Source: an uncultured beta proteobacterium (GTDB lineage: Bacteria > Pseudomonadota > Gammaproteobacteria > Burkholderiales > Rhodocyclaceae). Taken from it: 64,000 bases of DNA. Below the pieces are notes generated by a model. The model was not told the DNA's origin. It did not search any database and saw nothing but the letters and a program-made list of their open reading frames with translations. Numbering within the stretch: the first letter of the stretch is position 1; each line of letters opens with the position of its first letter. The DNA is taken from contig CAVTQQ010000001.1 of assembly GCA_963736865.1 (NCBI GenBank), forward strand, positions 170,821-234,820, read 5' to 3'. Shown piece after piece: positions 11,232 to 24,910 of this stretch. A program made the position numbers and the translations under genes.

Positions 11232-12384
11232 TTACTGGAGCTTCCAGGCGCCACCTTCCACCTTGACCATCACGCGAGCACGCTGATCGAAACCGAGGTG
11301 ATCCTGGGCAGACATGTTGACGACACCATGAGAGACCGTGACATTCTTCAGGCTCTCGAGGGCATCGCGCAGCGCGGCACGGAATTCCTTGCTGCCCGGC
11401 TGGGCCTTCTTCAGAGCGAGCGGGATGGCGTTCTGCAGAAGCAGCCCGGCATCCCAGGCGTGCGCGCCGAACGTGGAGGTCGCTGCCCTTGCCATGGGCG
11501 GTCTCGTACTTGCCGGTGTATTCCATGGCCACCTTCTTGATCGGATTGCTGTCCGGCAACTGCGCGGCCACCAGCACCGGACCGGCGGGCAGGAACGTAC
11601 CTTCGCAATCCTTGCCGCAGACACGCAGGAAGTCCATGTTGGCGACGCCGTGGGTCTGGTAGAACTGACCAGCAAAGCCCTTTTCCTTGAGCGCTTTCTG
11701 CGGCAGCGCCGCAGGCGTGCCGGCCCCGGCGATAAGCACCGCGTCAGGCTTGGCGGCGATGATCTTCAACACTTGGCCGGTAACGGAAGTATCGCCGCGG
11801 TTGTAGCGTTCGCTGGCGACGATCTGTAGCTTGCGCACCTCGGCGATCTTCGAAAATTCCTTGTACCAACCTTCCCCGTAGGCATCGGCAAAGCCGATGA
11901 ACGCCACCGTCCGCACCTTGTTGCCGAGCATGTGCTCGACAATGGCGGTGGACATCTGGATGTCGTTCTGCGGTGTCTTGAAAACCCACTTGACCTTCGG
12001 ATTGGCCGGATCAACGATGGCGGCCGAAGCGGCCATCGACACCATCGGCGTCTCGCCCTCGGCGACGACATCGATCATGGCCAGTGAATTGGGTGTAATG
12101 GTCGAGCCGATGATGACATCGACCTTGTTCTCGGCAATGAACTTCCGGGCGTTCTTCACCGCCGTCGTGGTATCGGAAGCATCGTCAAGCACAATGTAAT
12201 TGACCTTCTGGCCACCGATGCTGGTCGGCATCAGGGCAAAGGTATTCTTTTCCGGAATGCCCAGCGAGGCGGCCGGGCCGGTCGCGGACACGGTAACACC
12301 GACATTGATGTCGGCTTGGGCGACACTGGCAACGGTCGCGGCAAACACGGCAATCAAGCTTGCCGTCAGGGGTTTCAGATTCAT
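11232..12384 (-). CDS. Branched-chain amino-acid ABC substrate-binding protein; one frameshift near 11490 as sequenced
   Basis: ATG at 12384 is preceded by a GGGAGGAGA RBS. The signal peptide is MNLKPLTASLIAVFAATVASVAQA. The C-terminal 90 aa continue in the frame of ORF 11232..11675. Confidence 0.85.
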
Positions 12385-12398
12385 CGTGGGTCTCCTCC

Positions 12399-13169
12399 CT
12401 ATGTGAAAAAGCCTAACAGCGTATCGTAGCCGAATTTCCCGATCAGCACCGTGGTTACTCCCAGAAACACCCAGCGAACAAAGCCGCTGCCATGGCGGAG
12501 CGCCAGCCGCGTGCCAACCAAGGCGCCGACGATATTGAATACCGCCATGGTCAGCGCCGTCAGCCACAGAACATGGCCCATCGGCACGAAGAAAGTCAGC
12601 GCCGCCGCGTTGGTCGTCAGATTGACGATCTTGGCGACGCTGGAAGCCCGCAGAAAATCCAGGCCGAATAGTCCGACAAAGGCGAAGATCATGAAGCTGC
12701 CCGCCCCCGGACCAAAGAAGCCATCATAAAAACCGAGTGCAGCTCCTACCGCCACCGCATACGGCCGCACCCGCCCAGCCGGCAAGGCGCGGCCTTGCAG
12801 CTTGCCGAAATCGGGTTTGATCAGCGTATAGATGACCACCGCCACCATCAGCACCAGCACCAATGGGCGCACCACTTCCTTGGGTAGCCACGTCACCGTC
12901 GCCGCGCCGAGAAAGGAAGACACGAAGGCCGCGGCCGCCGCCGGCAGGGCAATCTCCCAAGGCATGGCGATTCGGCGGGCGTAGCGCCAAGCCGCATTGG
13001 CGGTACCAAAAATACTGGAGCCCTTGTTGGTGCCAAAGATGGTTGCCGGTGCTTCGGCCGGCAGCGCCGTGAACAGCGCGGGCACCTGCACCAGGCCACC
13101 GCCACCCGCCACGGCATCGATGAAACCAGCCAGCAGCGCGGCTAGCGCGAGAAGTGGCAACTCACTCAT
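12399..13169 (-). CDS. TSUP (TauE/SafE) family anion-exporter-like membrane protein
   Basis: 256-aa polytopic ORF with the typical TSUP Gly-rich helices ([14 protein letters not shown]; [14 protein letters not shown]). Confidence 0.8.
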   Translation of the reverse strand: MSELPLLALAALLAGFIDAVAGGGGLVQVPALFTALPAEAPATIFGTNKGSSIFGTANAAWRYARRIAMPWEIALPAAAAAFVSSFLGAATVTWLPKEVVRPLVLVLMVAVVIYTLIKPDFGKLQGRALPAGRVRPYAVAVGAALGFYDGFFGPGAGSFMIFAFVGLFGLDFLRASSVAKIVNLTTNAAALTFFVPMGHVLWLTALTMAVFNIVGALVGTRLALRHGSGFVRWVFLGVTTVLIGKFGYDTLLGFFT

Positions 13170-14527
13170 TTTCCGATGCAGAAGCGGCTGAAGATCACCC
13201 CCAGCAAATCGTCGGCACTGAATTCCCCGGTGATCGTGGCAAGGGCTTCCTGTGCCAGGCGCAGTTCCTCGGCGGCCAGCTCCAGGCGGTTCAGCTCGCC
13301 CGCCGCCAACGCCAGGCGTCGATCTGCTTCGGCCAGCGCCGCCAGATGCCGCTCGCGGGCCAGGATGACGTCCTCGCCATGGCCTTGCCAGCCGGCCACG
13401 CGCAGCAACTCGTCGTGCAACAGCGCCATGCCCTCGCCGGTCTTTGCCGAAAGGCGCAGATGAACCTGCTTGCCGTGTTCACGGTCGAAGAAGCGCGCGG
13501 CGGGGTGATGGGCCAGATCGCTCTTGTTCTCGACCACTATGCGCTCCACGCCATGGGGCAAGCGAACGGCCACGGCGCGATCAGCAGGCGTCACGCCGCC
13601 CCGGGCATCGACGATCTGCAAGACCACGTCGGCACGACCAATCTCCCGCCAGCTCCGCTCGATGCCGATCCGCTCCACCGGGTCGTCGGTCTCGCGCAGG
13701 CCAGCGGTATCGATGATGTGCAGGGGAATACCCTCGACCTGAATGGTTTCGCGCAGAGCATCGCGGGTCGTGCCGGCGACCTCGGTGACGATCGCCCGCT
13801 CTTCGCCGGCCAGGCGATTCAGCAGCGAACTCTTGCCGACATTGGGCAAGCCTGCCAGCACGACCGTCAGGCCGGTCCGCAGCAGGCTGCCCTGGCGGGC
13901 CCGGCCGCGCAACGCCGATAGTTCCACGGTCAGACGCTCCAGGCGCGGCACCAGGTCGGTATCGCGCAGCGGGTCGATCTCTTCGTCGGGAAAGTCGAGG
14001 GTCGCCTCGACCAGCATGCGCAGTTCGATCAGTTGGTCCACCAGGCCATGGACCTGGCGGGAAAACTCGCCGGCCAGCGAGCGCAACGCCGAGCGGGCCG
14101 CCTGCGCCGTACTGGCCTCGATGAGGTCGGCAACCGCCTCGGCTTGGGCCAGGTCCAGCTTCTCATTAAGAAAGGCACGGCGGGTGAACTCGCCCGGCTC
14201 CGCCAGCCGCGCACCGAGTTCCCGGCAGCGAACCAGGAGCTCCTGCATCACCACTGGGCCGCCGTGGCCCTGAAGTTCGAGGACGTCCTCGCCGGTGAAG
14301 GAATGCGGCGCGGCAAAGTAGAGCAGGATGCCCTGATCGATAGCCACGCCAGCCGCGTCGCGGAAGCTGACCAGGCGTGCCAGGCGCGGCGCCGGCCGGG
14401 TGCCGGTCAGCCGTTCGGCAAAGTCGGCCAGCCCGACCCCGGAGACACGTACGACACCGATGCCACCACGGCCGGGCGCCGTAGCAATGGCGGCGATGTT
14501 GTCCGGCTCAGTGTGCCTTGAGGCCAA
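13166..14527 (-). CDS. mnmE: tRNA modification GTPase MnmE (TrmE)
   Basis: 453-aa ORF with [21 protein letters not shown]1 [13 protein letters not shown]3 DTAGLR and the C-terminal FCIGK motif. Confidence 0.95.
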   Translation of the reverse strand: MASRHTEPDNIAAIATAPGRGGIGVVRVSGVGLADFAERLTGTRPAPRLARLVSFRDAAGVAIDQGILLYFAAPHSFTGEDVLELQGHGGPVVMQELLVRCRELGARLAEPGEFTRRAFLNEKLDLAQAEAVADLIEASTAQAARSALRSLAGEFSRQVHGLVDQLIELRMLVEATLDFPDEEIDPLRDTDLVPRLERLTVELSALRGRARQGSLLRTGLTVVLAGLPNVGKSSLLNRLAGEERAIVTEVAGTTRDALRETIQVEGIPLHIIDTAGLRETDDPVERIGIERSWREIGRADVVLQIVDARGGVTPADRAVAVRLPHGVERIVVENKSDLAHHPAARFFDREHGKQVHLRLSAKTGEGMALLHDELLRVAGWQGHGEDVILARERHLAALAEADRRLALAAGELNRLELAAEELRLAQEALATITGEFSADDLLGVIFSRFCIGK

Positions 14528-16164
14528 TCGCCTCGATCATCCGGTTGACCTGCCACTGCTGGGCAATCGACAGCACGTTATTCACCGTCCAGTACAGTAC
14601 CAAGCCCGCCGGGAAGAACAGGAACATGCCGGTGAAGACGATCGGCATGATCATCATCACCTTGGCCTGCATGGGGTCGGGCGGGGTCGGATTCAGCTTG
14701 GTCTGGATGAACATCGTGACACCCATGATCAGCGGCAGAACGAAGTACGGATCCTTGTCGGAAAGATCGGTTATCCAGCCCAGCCACGGCGCACCGCGCA
14801 TCTCCACCGTCGCCAGCAGAACCCAGTAAAGGGCGATGAAGACGGGAATCTGCACCATGATCGGCAAGCAACCGCCCAGCGGATTGACCTTCTCCTTCTT
14901 GTACAGCTCCATCATTTCCTGGTTCATGCGCTGCTTGTCGTCGCGCGTAGGTCTCCTTCAGCTTGGTCAGCTTTGGCGTCAGCACCCGCATCTTGGCCAT
15001 CGACTTGTAGGACGCGGCCGACAGGGGGAAGAACGCGGCTTTGAGCATCACCGTCAACACGATGATCGCCCAGCCCCAGTTGCCAAGGAAGGAATGCAGC
15101 CATTGCAACACCCAGAAGATCGGCGCGGCAATGACAGTCAGCCAGCCGTAGTCGACCACCAGATCGAAACCGGGAGCCATCTTGGCCAGCTTCTCCTGTT
15201 CCTGCGGTCCGGCGTAGAGCCCCATAGACAACTTGTCGGAAGCTCCCGGAGCCACGGCGGCCATCGGCACAATCACTCCGGCGGCGAACAGATCCTTGGC
15301 CGTCTCACGCAGAAAGTATTCCCGTTCGCCCTTGGGTGGCAGCCAGGCCGAAACGAAGTAGTGCTGCACCATGGCGACCCAACCGTTGTCGGTCTTACCA
15401 GGCACCTTGGCTTTCTTGCTGGCGACTTCCTCGAAGCTGGCCTTCTGGAACTTGTCGGCGTCGGTATAAAAGGCCGGACCGGTAAATGTGGACATCATGG
15501 CATTGGCGCCTTCCGGAGCCTTGCCGTCACGGGTCAATTGGAAGTACGCATGCGGTGCTATTGCTGCTCCACCACCGTTGGCTATCTCGTACTCAACGTC
15601 GATCAGGTAGCTGCCGCGCTTGAAGACATAGGTCTTCGCCACTTGAACGCCACCTTCGCCCACGGCGGTCAGGCGTACACGCAACTCGTTCTCACCCTCC
15701 TTAAGCGTCAGGGCATCGGCGGGCAAAGTCCACAGGCTCTTGTGGTTAGGCAGCCCGGCGCCAATCAATCCGCTTTGCGCGGCATAAGCATGCTTGTCCT
15801 CGAACAGGATGAAGTCCTGCTTCTTGTCTTCGGTCGCCTTGTGTTGCCTCAGCACCAGACGGTTCAAGTCGCCGCCCCGGGACGAGATCTCCGCTATGTA
15901 CAGATCTGTCGTCGCCACAGTCTTGGCCACGACGGCGGCGGGTTTGGCTTCGCCCGTGCTGCCGGGAATAGCAGGAATACCGGGTGAGGGGGACGACAGA
16001 CTTGGCACGCCACTGGCACCGGTGCCAGTGGCTGGCGTCTGGGTGGTCACGGTCGCCGGCGTGCCAGCGACTGGCACGGAATGTCCCTGCTTCTGCCAGG
16101 CTTCCCAGAGCATGATCAGGGAAAAGCCGAAGACCAGGAAAAGTATCAGACGTTGGTTATCCAT
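14508..16164 (-). CDS. yidC: Membrane protein insertase YidC; one frameshift near 14946 as sequenced
   Basis: The N-terminal 400 aa lie in ORF 14578..16164. The conserved C-terminal core ([34 protein letters not shown]) lies in ORF 14508..14927. The length is 1657 nt. Confidence 0.92.
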
Positions 16165-16181
16165 GGGGGGTCGAAAATCGA

Positions 16182-16418
16182 TCAGGGTACGGGATCATAG
16201 CCGCCGGGATGCCAGGGGTGACAGCGACCGACCCGACGGACGGCCAGCCACAAGCCCTTGATAACACCGTGGCGTTGCAGGGATTCGACAGCATACTCGG
16301 AACAACTGGGGTGGAACCGGCAACTGCGGCCCAGAAACGGACTGATCGCATACTGGTACAAACGAATCAGCAGAATCCAGGGTCTGGCCGCCCAGCCGGC
16401 TGCGCCATTATTGTTCAT
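16182..16418 (-). CDS. yidD: Membrane protein insertion efficiency factor YidD
   Basis: 78-aa ORF with the conserved [11 protein letters not shown] and HPGGYDPVP motifs. Confidence 0.9.
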   Translation of the reverse strand: MNNNGAAGWAARPWILLIRLYQYAISPFLGRSCRFHPSCSEYAVESLQRHGVIKGLWLAVRRVGRCHPWHPGGYDPVP

Positions 16419-16816
16419 TCCGGCAGTCCGGCCAGCAAGCTATCAATGTCACGCCGCCAAACATGCCGCAGTTCGCGATCCACGAGGGCTTTGCCCGCCA
16501 ACGGCGGTTTGGTCAGGCGCAGCACCAAGTCCATGGCGGAAAGTGCTGGCAGGATCTGTCGAAAGGCTTCGCGGGCCAAGCGCTTGATCTGATTGCGCAA
16601 GACGGCGCGGCGCGCCAGACGCTTTGGAATCACCAAGCCCAGCCGAGCTCCAGTGCCCTGGAGTTTGGCCTCTTCATTGCGACGGTAACGCAACTCGAAG
16701 CAACCGCCGCGCAATCGCAGCGGACTGGCCATAACGGCCGCGAATTCCTTGGGTACGTGCAGACGATTCGAGGGCCGGAAGGGGCGAAGCTTCGTATCCC
16801 CCTTGCTCCCCGTCAC
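16415..16816 (-). CDS. rnpA: Ribonuclease P protein component
   Basis: 133-aa basic ORF with a GTG start, lying 10 nt downstream of rpmH. It carries the RNR-like motif ([17 protein letters not shown]). Confidence 0.85.
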   Translation of the reverse strand: MTGSKGDTKLRPFRPSNRLHVPKEFAAVMASPLRLRGGCFELRYRRNEEAKLQGTGARLGLVIPKRLARRAVLRNQIKRLAREAFRQILPALSAMDLVLRLTKPPLAGKALVDRELRHVWRRDIDSLLAGLPE

Positions 16817-16826
16817 CGGTCTTTAC

Positions 16827-16961
16827 TCAAACACCTAGACGGTGACGGCCCTTGGCGCGACGAGCACGAATGACGGCACGACCGCCACGGGTACGCATGC
16901 GTACCAAGAAACCGTGCGTACGCTTGCGACGCACTACCGATGGCTGATAGGTCCGTTTCAT
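16827..16961 (-). CDS. rpmH: 50S ribosomal protein L34
   Basis: Own translation gives [44 protein letters not shown] (44 aa). It is below the ORF-track length cutoff. Confidence 0.95.
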   Translation of the reverse strand: MKRTYQPSVVRRKRTHGFLVRMRTRGGRAVIRARRAKGRHRLGV

Positions 16962-17040
16962 GGCAAAGTCCTTCTCAAGAGAAACGCGCGATTACAGCGT
17001 TGGCACCTTGTTTTGTCAAGATCAATTTTCCGCCGGGGCT

Positions 17041-17049
17041 TGTGGATAA
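17041..17049 (-). promoter_or_regulatory. Perfect DnaA box (TGTGGATAA, complement of TTATCCACA) in the rpmH-dnaA spacer
   Basis: Exact 9-mer match. It lies just upstream of a TAGAAT hexamer (17066-17071), consistent with dnaA autoregulation. Confidence 0.7.
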
Positions 17050-17184
17050 CTCGTCCCGAACTCGCTAGAATGCCTGACACAGAAATGTCGCCCCGGCTCC
17101 CGGGTTGCCGATTCATCATAAAAAACAACTATTAATCAATAACATAGTATGGTTAGTGCGGTACCGATCAGCAAGGATTCGGTG

Positions 17185-18573
17185 ATGGCCGATTTTTGGG
17201 CCCACTGTCTGACCAGCTTCCAGAAGGAATTGCCGGCCCAACAATTCAACGCCTGGATTAAGTCCTTGCGCATTGAGGCCGAAGCGCCCGGGCGGTTTCG
17301 TGTCCTGGCACCCAATCGCTTTGTCATGCAATGGGTGCGCGAGCGCTATTTTCCGCGCATTGAAAGCCTGCTTCATCAGCTTCACGCCGATTCCGCCAGC
17401 GTTACCTTGGCTTTGGACGAGCAGGCGGCCGTCGCCCAAGACCCGTCGGACAAGGAGTCTGACGCAACCGCGACCGTCGAGACCGTTGTCGCCAAGGAAT
17501 CAACGACCGCCGTGTTGTTGCCATTGCTGAGAAACAGTGATCCGATTTACGAAAAAACCCGCCTGAACCCGGATTTCACTTTCGAAGCGCTCGTGACCGG
17601 CCGATCGAACGATCTGGCCCGCGCGGCGGCCCAGCAGGTCGCCCTGAACCCCGGCGTATCCTACAATCCGCTCTTTGTCTATGGTGGCGTCGGCTTGGGC
17701 AAGACTCACTTGGTGCATGCCCTCGGCAATGAGGTCTGGCGCCAGAATCCCGACAACGTCGTGCGCTACGTTCACGCCCACGACTACATTGCCGATGTGG
17801 TCCGCGCCTATCAGCAGAAGGCTTTCGACAGTTTCAAGCGTTACTACTGTTCCCTGGATCTGCTGATCATCGACGATATCCAGTTTCTGAATGGCAAGGA
17901 TCGCACCCAGGAAGAATTTTTCTTTGCTTTCAATGCATTGATTGAGTCACGCAAGCAAATCGTCATCACCTGTGATACCTACCCAAAAGACATCCAGGGT
18001 CTGGAAAATCGTCTGATCTCACGCTTCGACTGTGGTCTCACCGTTCAGGTCGAACCGCCTGAACTGGAGATGCGTGTAGCCATTCTCAAGAAGAAGGCTG
18101 AGGTCATGGCCGTTCCCCTGGGTGACGACGTCGCGTTCCTGATTGCCAAGAACCTGCGCTCGAACGTTCGCGAACTCGAAGGAGCCCTCAACCGCGTGAT
18201 CGCCTTTGCCGGTTTTCACCGCCGCGATCTGAATATCGAGGTCGCCAAGGAAGCCTTAAAGGATGTCATCGGTGCACATAACCGCCAGATCACGCTGGAA
18301 CTGATCCAGAAGTACGTCGCCGACTACTACAAGATCAAGGTTGCCGAGATGTACTCCCAGCGACGCACCCGCGCCATTGCCCGACCGCGCCAGGTGGCGA
18401 TGTGGCTGGCGCGCGAATTGACGCCGCACAGTCTGCCCGAGATCGGCGATGCCTTCGGTGGCCGGGACCACACCACAGTAATGCACGCCTGCCGCACGAT
18501 CATCGACCTGCGTGGCAAGGACGGCCAGTTGAACAACGATCTGCACGTCCTTCTACAGTCCATCAAAGGCTGA
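17185..18573 (+). CDS. dnaA: Chromosomal replication initiator protein DnaA
   Basis: MADFWAHCLTSFQKELPAQQFNAWIKSL N-terminus, AAA+ Walker A GGVGLGKTHL and a C-terminal DNA-binding domain. ATG 17185 has an AAGGA RBS. The alternative ATG at 17149 has none. Confidence 0.95.
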   Translation: MADFWAHCLTSFQKELPAQQFNAWIKSLRIEAEAPGRFRVLAPNRFVMQWVRERYFPRIESLLHQLHADSASVTLALDEQAAVAQDPSDKESDATATVETVVAKESTTAVLLPLLRNSDPIYEKTRLNPDFTFEALVTGRSNDLARAAAQQVALNPGVSYNPLFVYGGVGLGKTHLVHALGNEVWRQNPDNVVRYVHAHDYIADVVRAYQQKAFDSFKRYYCSLDLLIIDDIQFLNGKDRTQEEFFFAFNALIESRKQIVITCDTYPKDIQGLENRLISRFDCGLTVQVEPPELEMRVAILKKKAEVMAVPLGDDVAFLIAKNLRSNVRELEGALNRVIAFAGFHRRDLNIEVAKEALKDVIGAHNRQITLELIQKYVADYYKIKVAEMYSQRRTRAIARPRQVAMWLARELTPHSLPEIGDAFGGRDHTTVMHACRTIIDLRGKDGQLNNDLHVLLQSIKG

Positions 18574-18617
18574 GCGGCAATATGACTGAACAAGCCTTGG
18601 GGAAGCACAGGAGTAAT

Positions 18618-18626
18618 TGTGGATAA
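18618..18626 (-). promoter_or_regulatory. Perfect DnaA box (TGTGGATAA) in the dnaA-dnaN spacer
   Basis: Exact 9-mer match. Confidence 0.7.
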
Positions 18627-18663
18627 GTCAGTTTTTCGAACACCTGCCATAATTCGCCCACAT

Positions 18664-18672
18664 TCATCCACA
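18664..18672 (+). promoter_or_regulatory. Near-consensus DnaA box (TCATCCACA, 8 of 9)
   Basis: One mismatch to TTATCCACA. Confidence 0.5.
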
Positions 18673-18741
18673 CATGAACAACAGGGTTTACCCCAGGGCA
18701 TTTAAATGAACATGTTCATGAGTCATAAGAAGAATTCCGCC

Positions 18742-18750
18742 TTATCCACA
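18742..18750 (+). promoter_or_regulatory. Perfect DnaA box (TTATCCACA) in the dnaA-dnaN spacer
   Basis: Exact 9-mer match, 44 nt upstream of the dnaN ATG. Confidence 0.7.
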
Positions 18751-18793
18751 GCCACTGCCACCCATAATCAGTTAATCTTAGGAGATATATAGA

Positions 18794-19901
18794 ATGCTCC
18801 TGTACAAAGGACCGCGCGATCAGATCCTGACTCCTTTGCAGTCGGTTTGCGGTATTGTCGAAAAGCGCCATACGTTGCCCATCCTTTCCAACGTGCTGAT
18901 GGAAAAGGACGGTGAGCGGCTCACTTTGCTGGCAACCGACATCGAGATTCAGATCAGGACCAGCACTGCCGCGGTTGGCTCGGAAAAGGCCGCGCTGACG
19001 GTGGCGGCACGGAAACTTCAGGACATTCTGCGTTCCCTGCCCGAAACCGCCGAGGTCAGCCTGACGCTGGACGACAAGCGCTTGCAGTTGAAGGCGGGCA
19101 AGAGCCGTTTCAACCTGCAGACCTTGCCGGCCGAGGATTTTCCGCGCATGTCGAACGTCGACGGCCAGACGGCGAAGATCACCATGACGCAGAAGCAGTT
19201 CAAGCACCTGCTCGCGCTGGTGCAATACTCGATGGCGCAGCAGGACATCCGCTATTACCTGAACGGCCTGCTGCTGGTCGTCAATGGCGCTGAAATGCGT
19301 GTGGTGGCCACCGACGGACATCGGCTTGCTTTTGCCAGCGAAGTGCTGGCCGAACAATCTGCCGCGCGAGTGAAGTGATCCTGCCGCGCAAGACGGTGCT
19401 GGAACTTTCACGCCAACTCGCCGACAATGACGAGCCGCTGGAAATCATTCTGACTCCGACCCAGGCGCAGTTCCGGTTCGGCAACATCGAATTGGTCTCC
19501 AAGCTGATCGACGGCAAGTTCCCCGACTACGAGCGCGTCATTCCGCAGCAGCACACCAAGGTCTTGCTCTTGTCACGCGACGTCTTGTTGCATTCGTTGC
19601 TGCGCGCGGCGATTCTCACCAACGAAAAATTCCGCGGCGTGCGCCTGGTGCTGAGCGACGGCAGCCTGAAAATTCTCTCCACCAACGCCGAGCAGGAAGA
19701 GGCCCAGGAAGAAATCGAAGTGCGACTACCAAGGCGATGGTCTTGATGTCGGTTTCAACGTCACCTACCTGCTCGATGTTCTCAACAACGTCACCACCGA
19801 GAACATCGAATGCCGGCTTGGCCGATGCCAGTTCCAGCGCACTGTTCATGTTGCCGGACAACGACCGGTTCAAGTACGTCGTGATGCCGATGCGCATCTA
19901 A
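18794..19901 (+). CDS. dnaN: DNA polymerase III beta sliding clamp; three frameshifts as sequenced (near 19365, 19723, 19823)
   Basis: The conserved sequence runs through frames 2, 1, 2 and 0: [18 protein letters not shown]..., [16 protein letters not shown]..., [19 protein letters not shown]..., [25 protein letters not shown] stop. An AGGAGA RBS precedes ATG 18794. Confidence 0.92.
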
Positions 19902-19914
19902 CCTAGGAAACTCA

Positions 19915-22411
<2,497 letters not shown>

Positions 22412-22440
22412 GCGGTGAGCGGGTAACGGAGTCTCTTGGC

Positions 22441-22686
22441 GTGAACGACGAACTGGCGATCATGCGCACCTTCCTGAAGGGCCGGCTCGACATCGAGCCA
22501 GCCAGGATCACGCCGGGCGCGACCCTGGCCGAGCTCGAGATCGACTCCCTGATTCTGCTGGAGCTGTTCTTCGAATTCGAGGAACAGTTCGGCCTCAATC
22601 TGGCCAAGGACATTCCCACGCCGAAGACCATCGGCGAGCTGGTCGACATCGTCAAGGGATTGCGGCGGGCCACGGCGGCGGGTTGA
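22441..22686 (+). CDS. Acyl carrier protein (cluster ACP 1)
   Basis: 81-aa ORF with a phosphopantetheine-attachment Ser in LEIDSLILLELF. Confidence 0.8.
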   Translation: MNDELAIMRTFLKGRLDIEPARITPGATLAELEIDSLILLELFFEFEEQFGLNLAKDIPTPKTIGELVDIVKGLRRATAAG

Positions 22687-22689
22687 GCG

Positions 22690-23952
22690 GTGGCCAGGCG
22701 ACGCGTAGCCATTACCGGAGTAGGACTGGTCAGCCCGTTTGGCGGCGATGGCGAAGACTTCTTCGCCCGTCTGCTGCGTGGCGAATCCTGTGTGCGGCTC
22801 TATTGCACCGATGACAAGCCGCGCCCCCTGGCCATGCCCGCCGTGCGCTGCGCCGACTTCGACGCCGGCGCTATCCTGGGCAAGGCGCTGGCGGGCAGTA
22901 CCGACCGTTTTGCCCAGTTGGGCCTGGCGGCGGCCTTCGACGCGTGGCGCCACGCCGGGTTCTCCTGCGCCGACCATATCGACAAGCCCGACTATGGCGT
23001 CGCCTGGGGCACAGCCCTGGGCGGCACCCTGGCTTACGAGCGCGGCTACCGCGACCTGTGGCAAAACGGCCGCGAGCGGGTGGCACCCTTGTCGGTGGTG
23101 CTGGGCATGAACAACGCCGCCTCGGCGCATATCGCCATCCAGCTCGGCCTGGGCAATTCCTGTCTCAGTTACACCGTAGCTTGTGCCTCGGCGGCGGCGG
23201 CGATCGGCGAGGGTTACCGGCGCATCCGCGACGGCGAGGCGACGCTGATGCTCACCGGCGGCTCCGATGCGCCGCTTTGCTACGGCGTGGTGCGCGCTTG
23301 GGAGGCCTTGCGCGTGTTGGCGCCGGGCGACGGGAACAACGCGGCACGGGCCTGCCGCCCCTTCAGCGCCGACCGAGCCGGTCTGGTGCTCGGCGAGGGT
23401 GCGGCGGCACTGGTGCTGGAAGACTGGCAGCACGCCGTAAAGCGCCAGGCACCCATCCTCGCTGAACTGGCCGGCTATGGCGCCAGCTGCGATCACCGCC
23501 ACGTGGTGCGCCCCGAAGCAAGCGGCCAGGTGCGCGCCGTCGAACTGGCGCTGGCCGACGCCGGTCTGCGCCCCGGGCAGGTCGCCTACGTCAACGCCCA
23601 CGGCACGGCGACCCCTGAAGGCGATGCGATCGAAATCGAGGCCCTGCGCCAGGTCTTCGGCGAGCATGCCGGCGACCTCCCTGTTAGCGCCACGAAGTCG
23701 ATGCATGGCCACATGATGGGCGCCTCGGGGGCGATCGAAGCCGTCATCACGGTATTGGCGCTGCAACAGGATGCTTTGCCCCCAACGGCGCATCTCGACG
23801 TCATCGATCCTGCCTGCGCCGGCGTTCATCATGTGGTCGGCGCCGCCCTGCGCGGCACCGGTGCGCGCATTGCGCTGTCGAACTCCTTTGCCTTCGGCGG
23901 CAGCAATGCCGTACTGGCAATTCGTACCGATCGCAACGACACTAGTGCCTGA
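22690..23952 (+). CDS. Beta-ketoacyl-ACP synthase (FabF/FabB-like KS)
   Basis: 420-aa ORF with the active-site Cys (YTVACASAAAAIGEG) and two catalytic His (NAHGTATPEGD; KSMHGHMMGASG). Confidence 0.9.
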   Translation: MARRRVAITGVGLVSPFGGDGEDFFARLLRGESCVRLYCTDDKPRPLAMPAVRCADFDAGAILGKALAGSTDRFAQLGLAAAFDAWRHAGFSCADHIDKPDYGVAWGTALGGTLAYERGYRDLWQNGRERVAPLSVVLGMNNAASAHIAIQLGLGNSCLSYTVACASAAAAIGEGYRRIRDGEATLMLTGGSDAPLCYGVVRAWEALRVLAPGDGNNAARACRPFSADRAGLVLGEGAAALVLEDWQHAVKRQAPILAELAGYGASCDHRHVVRPEASGQVRAVELALADAGLRPGQVAYVNAHGTATPEGDAIEIEALRQVFGEHAGDLPVSATKSMHGHMMGASGAIEAVITVLALQQDALPPTAHLDVIDPACAGVHHVVGAALRGTGARIALSNSFAFGGSNAVLAIRTDRNDTSA

Positions 23953-23985
23953 GCCGTTCCCATCCTTCTTCGCCACGAGTCGACC

Positions 23986-24273
23986 ATGACCCAGACCCCG
24001 CCCAACGCCACGAACCTCGATGCCCTGATGGCCGAGGTGGCCGACATGATCGTCGCCGCGCTCAATCTGGAGATGTCCGGCGCGGAAATCGCGCCCGACG
24101 ACCGGCTCTACGGCGACGGCCTGGGGCTGGATTCCATCGACATTCTCGAAGTTGCGCTGGTCGTGTCGAAGCACTATGGCTTCCAGTTGCGCGCCGATGA
24201 CGAGGACAACGTGCGCATCTTCACCTCGCTGCGCAGCCTGGCGAGTCATATCGCAGCCCACCGTACCATATGA
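23986..24273 (+). CDS. Acyl carrier protein (cluster ACP 2)
   Basis: 95-aa ORF with the GLDSIDILEV attachment motif. Confidence 0.85.
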   Translation: MTQTPPNATNLDALMAEVADMIVAALNLEMSGAEIAPDDRLYGDGLGLDSIDILEVALVVSKHYGFQLRADDEDNVRIFTSLRSLASHIAAHRTI

Positions 24274-24910
24274 CCCCGGACCGCAACGATCTGCTCACCG
24301 GGCTGCTTGCCGGCGTTCTCTGCATTGCCTATGCCGTGCTTGCACACTACACCAGCGCCGCTCCGGAAGTCGGTCCCTGGGCCGTCCTGCTGGCGGGCGC
24401 GCCGCTGGCCATCGTCGGACTCACTTTTGCCCGGGAAAGTCGCGGCGGCGGCATTGTCTGGTTACTGATCGGCGCGGTGGTCGGTACGCTGGCCTGGGCC
24501 TGGCCGAGGCTGCACAATCCGGTCGGCTGGCTGTACTTTATCCAGCACGTCAGCATCAATGCCGTGCTGGGCATGATCTTCGGTCGTTCGCTGCTGCCCG
24601 GCCACGAGCCGCTGGTGACGGCGCTTGCCCGGTTGGTGCACAAGGAAATGACACCCGAGCTGCTGCGCTATACACGCCAGGTGACTGTGGCGTGGACGGT
24701 CTTCTTTCTGGCCTCGGCCGCGCTGTCCGTACTGCTCTTCGTCTTTGCCCCGATCAAGGCGTGGTCGGTGTTCGCCAACATACTCGCCCTGCCTCTGGTG
24801 GCCGCGATGTTCATCGTCGAGAACGAGGTGCGCAAGCGCATCCTGCCCCCCGCGACCAGATCGGCATCCTCGCGGCCGTGCGCGCCTTCCGGGCCTCGAT
24901 GCGGTCATGA
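24270..24910 (+). CDS. Polytopic membrane protein (COG4648/ApeG-like); frameshift at C6 run 24846-24851
   Basis: Five or six hydrophobic helices. The C-terminal RDQIGILAAVRAFRASMRS continues in the frame of ORF 24152..24910 and ends in an ATGA overlap with the next gene. Confidence 0.7.
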
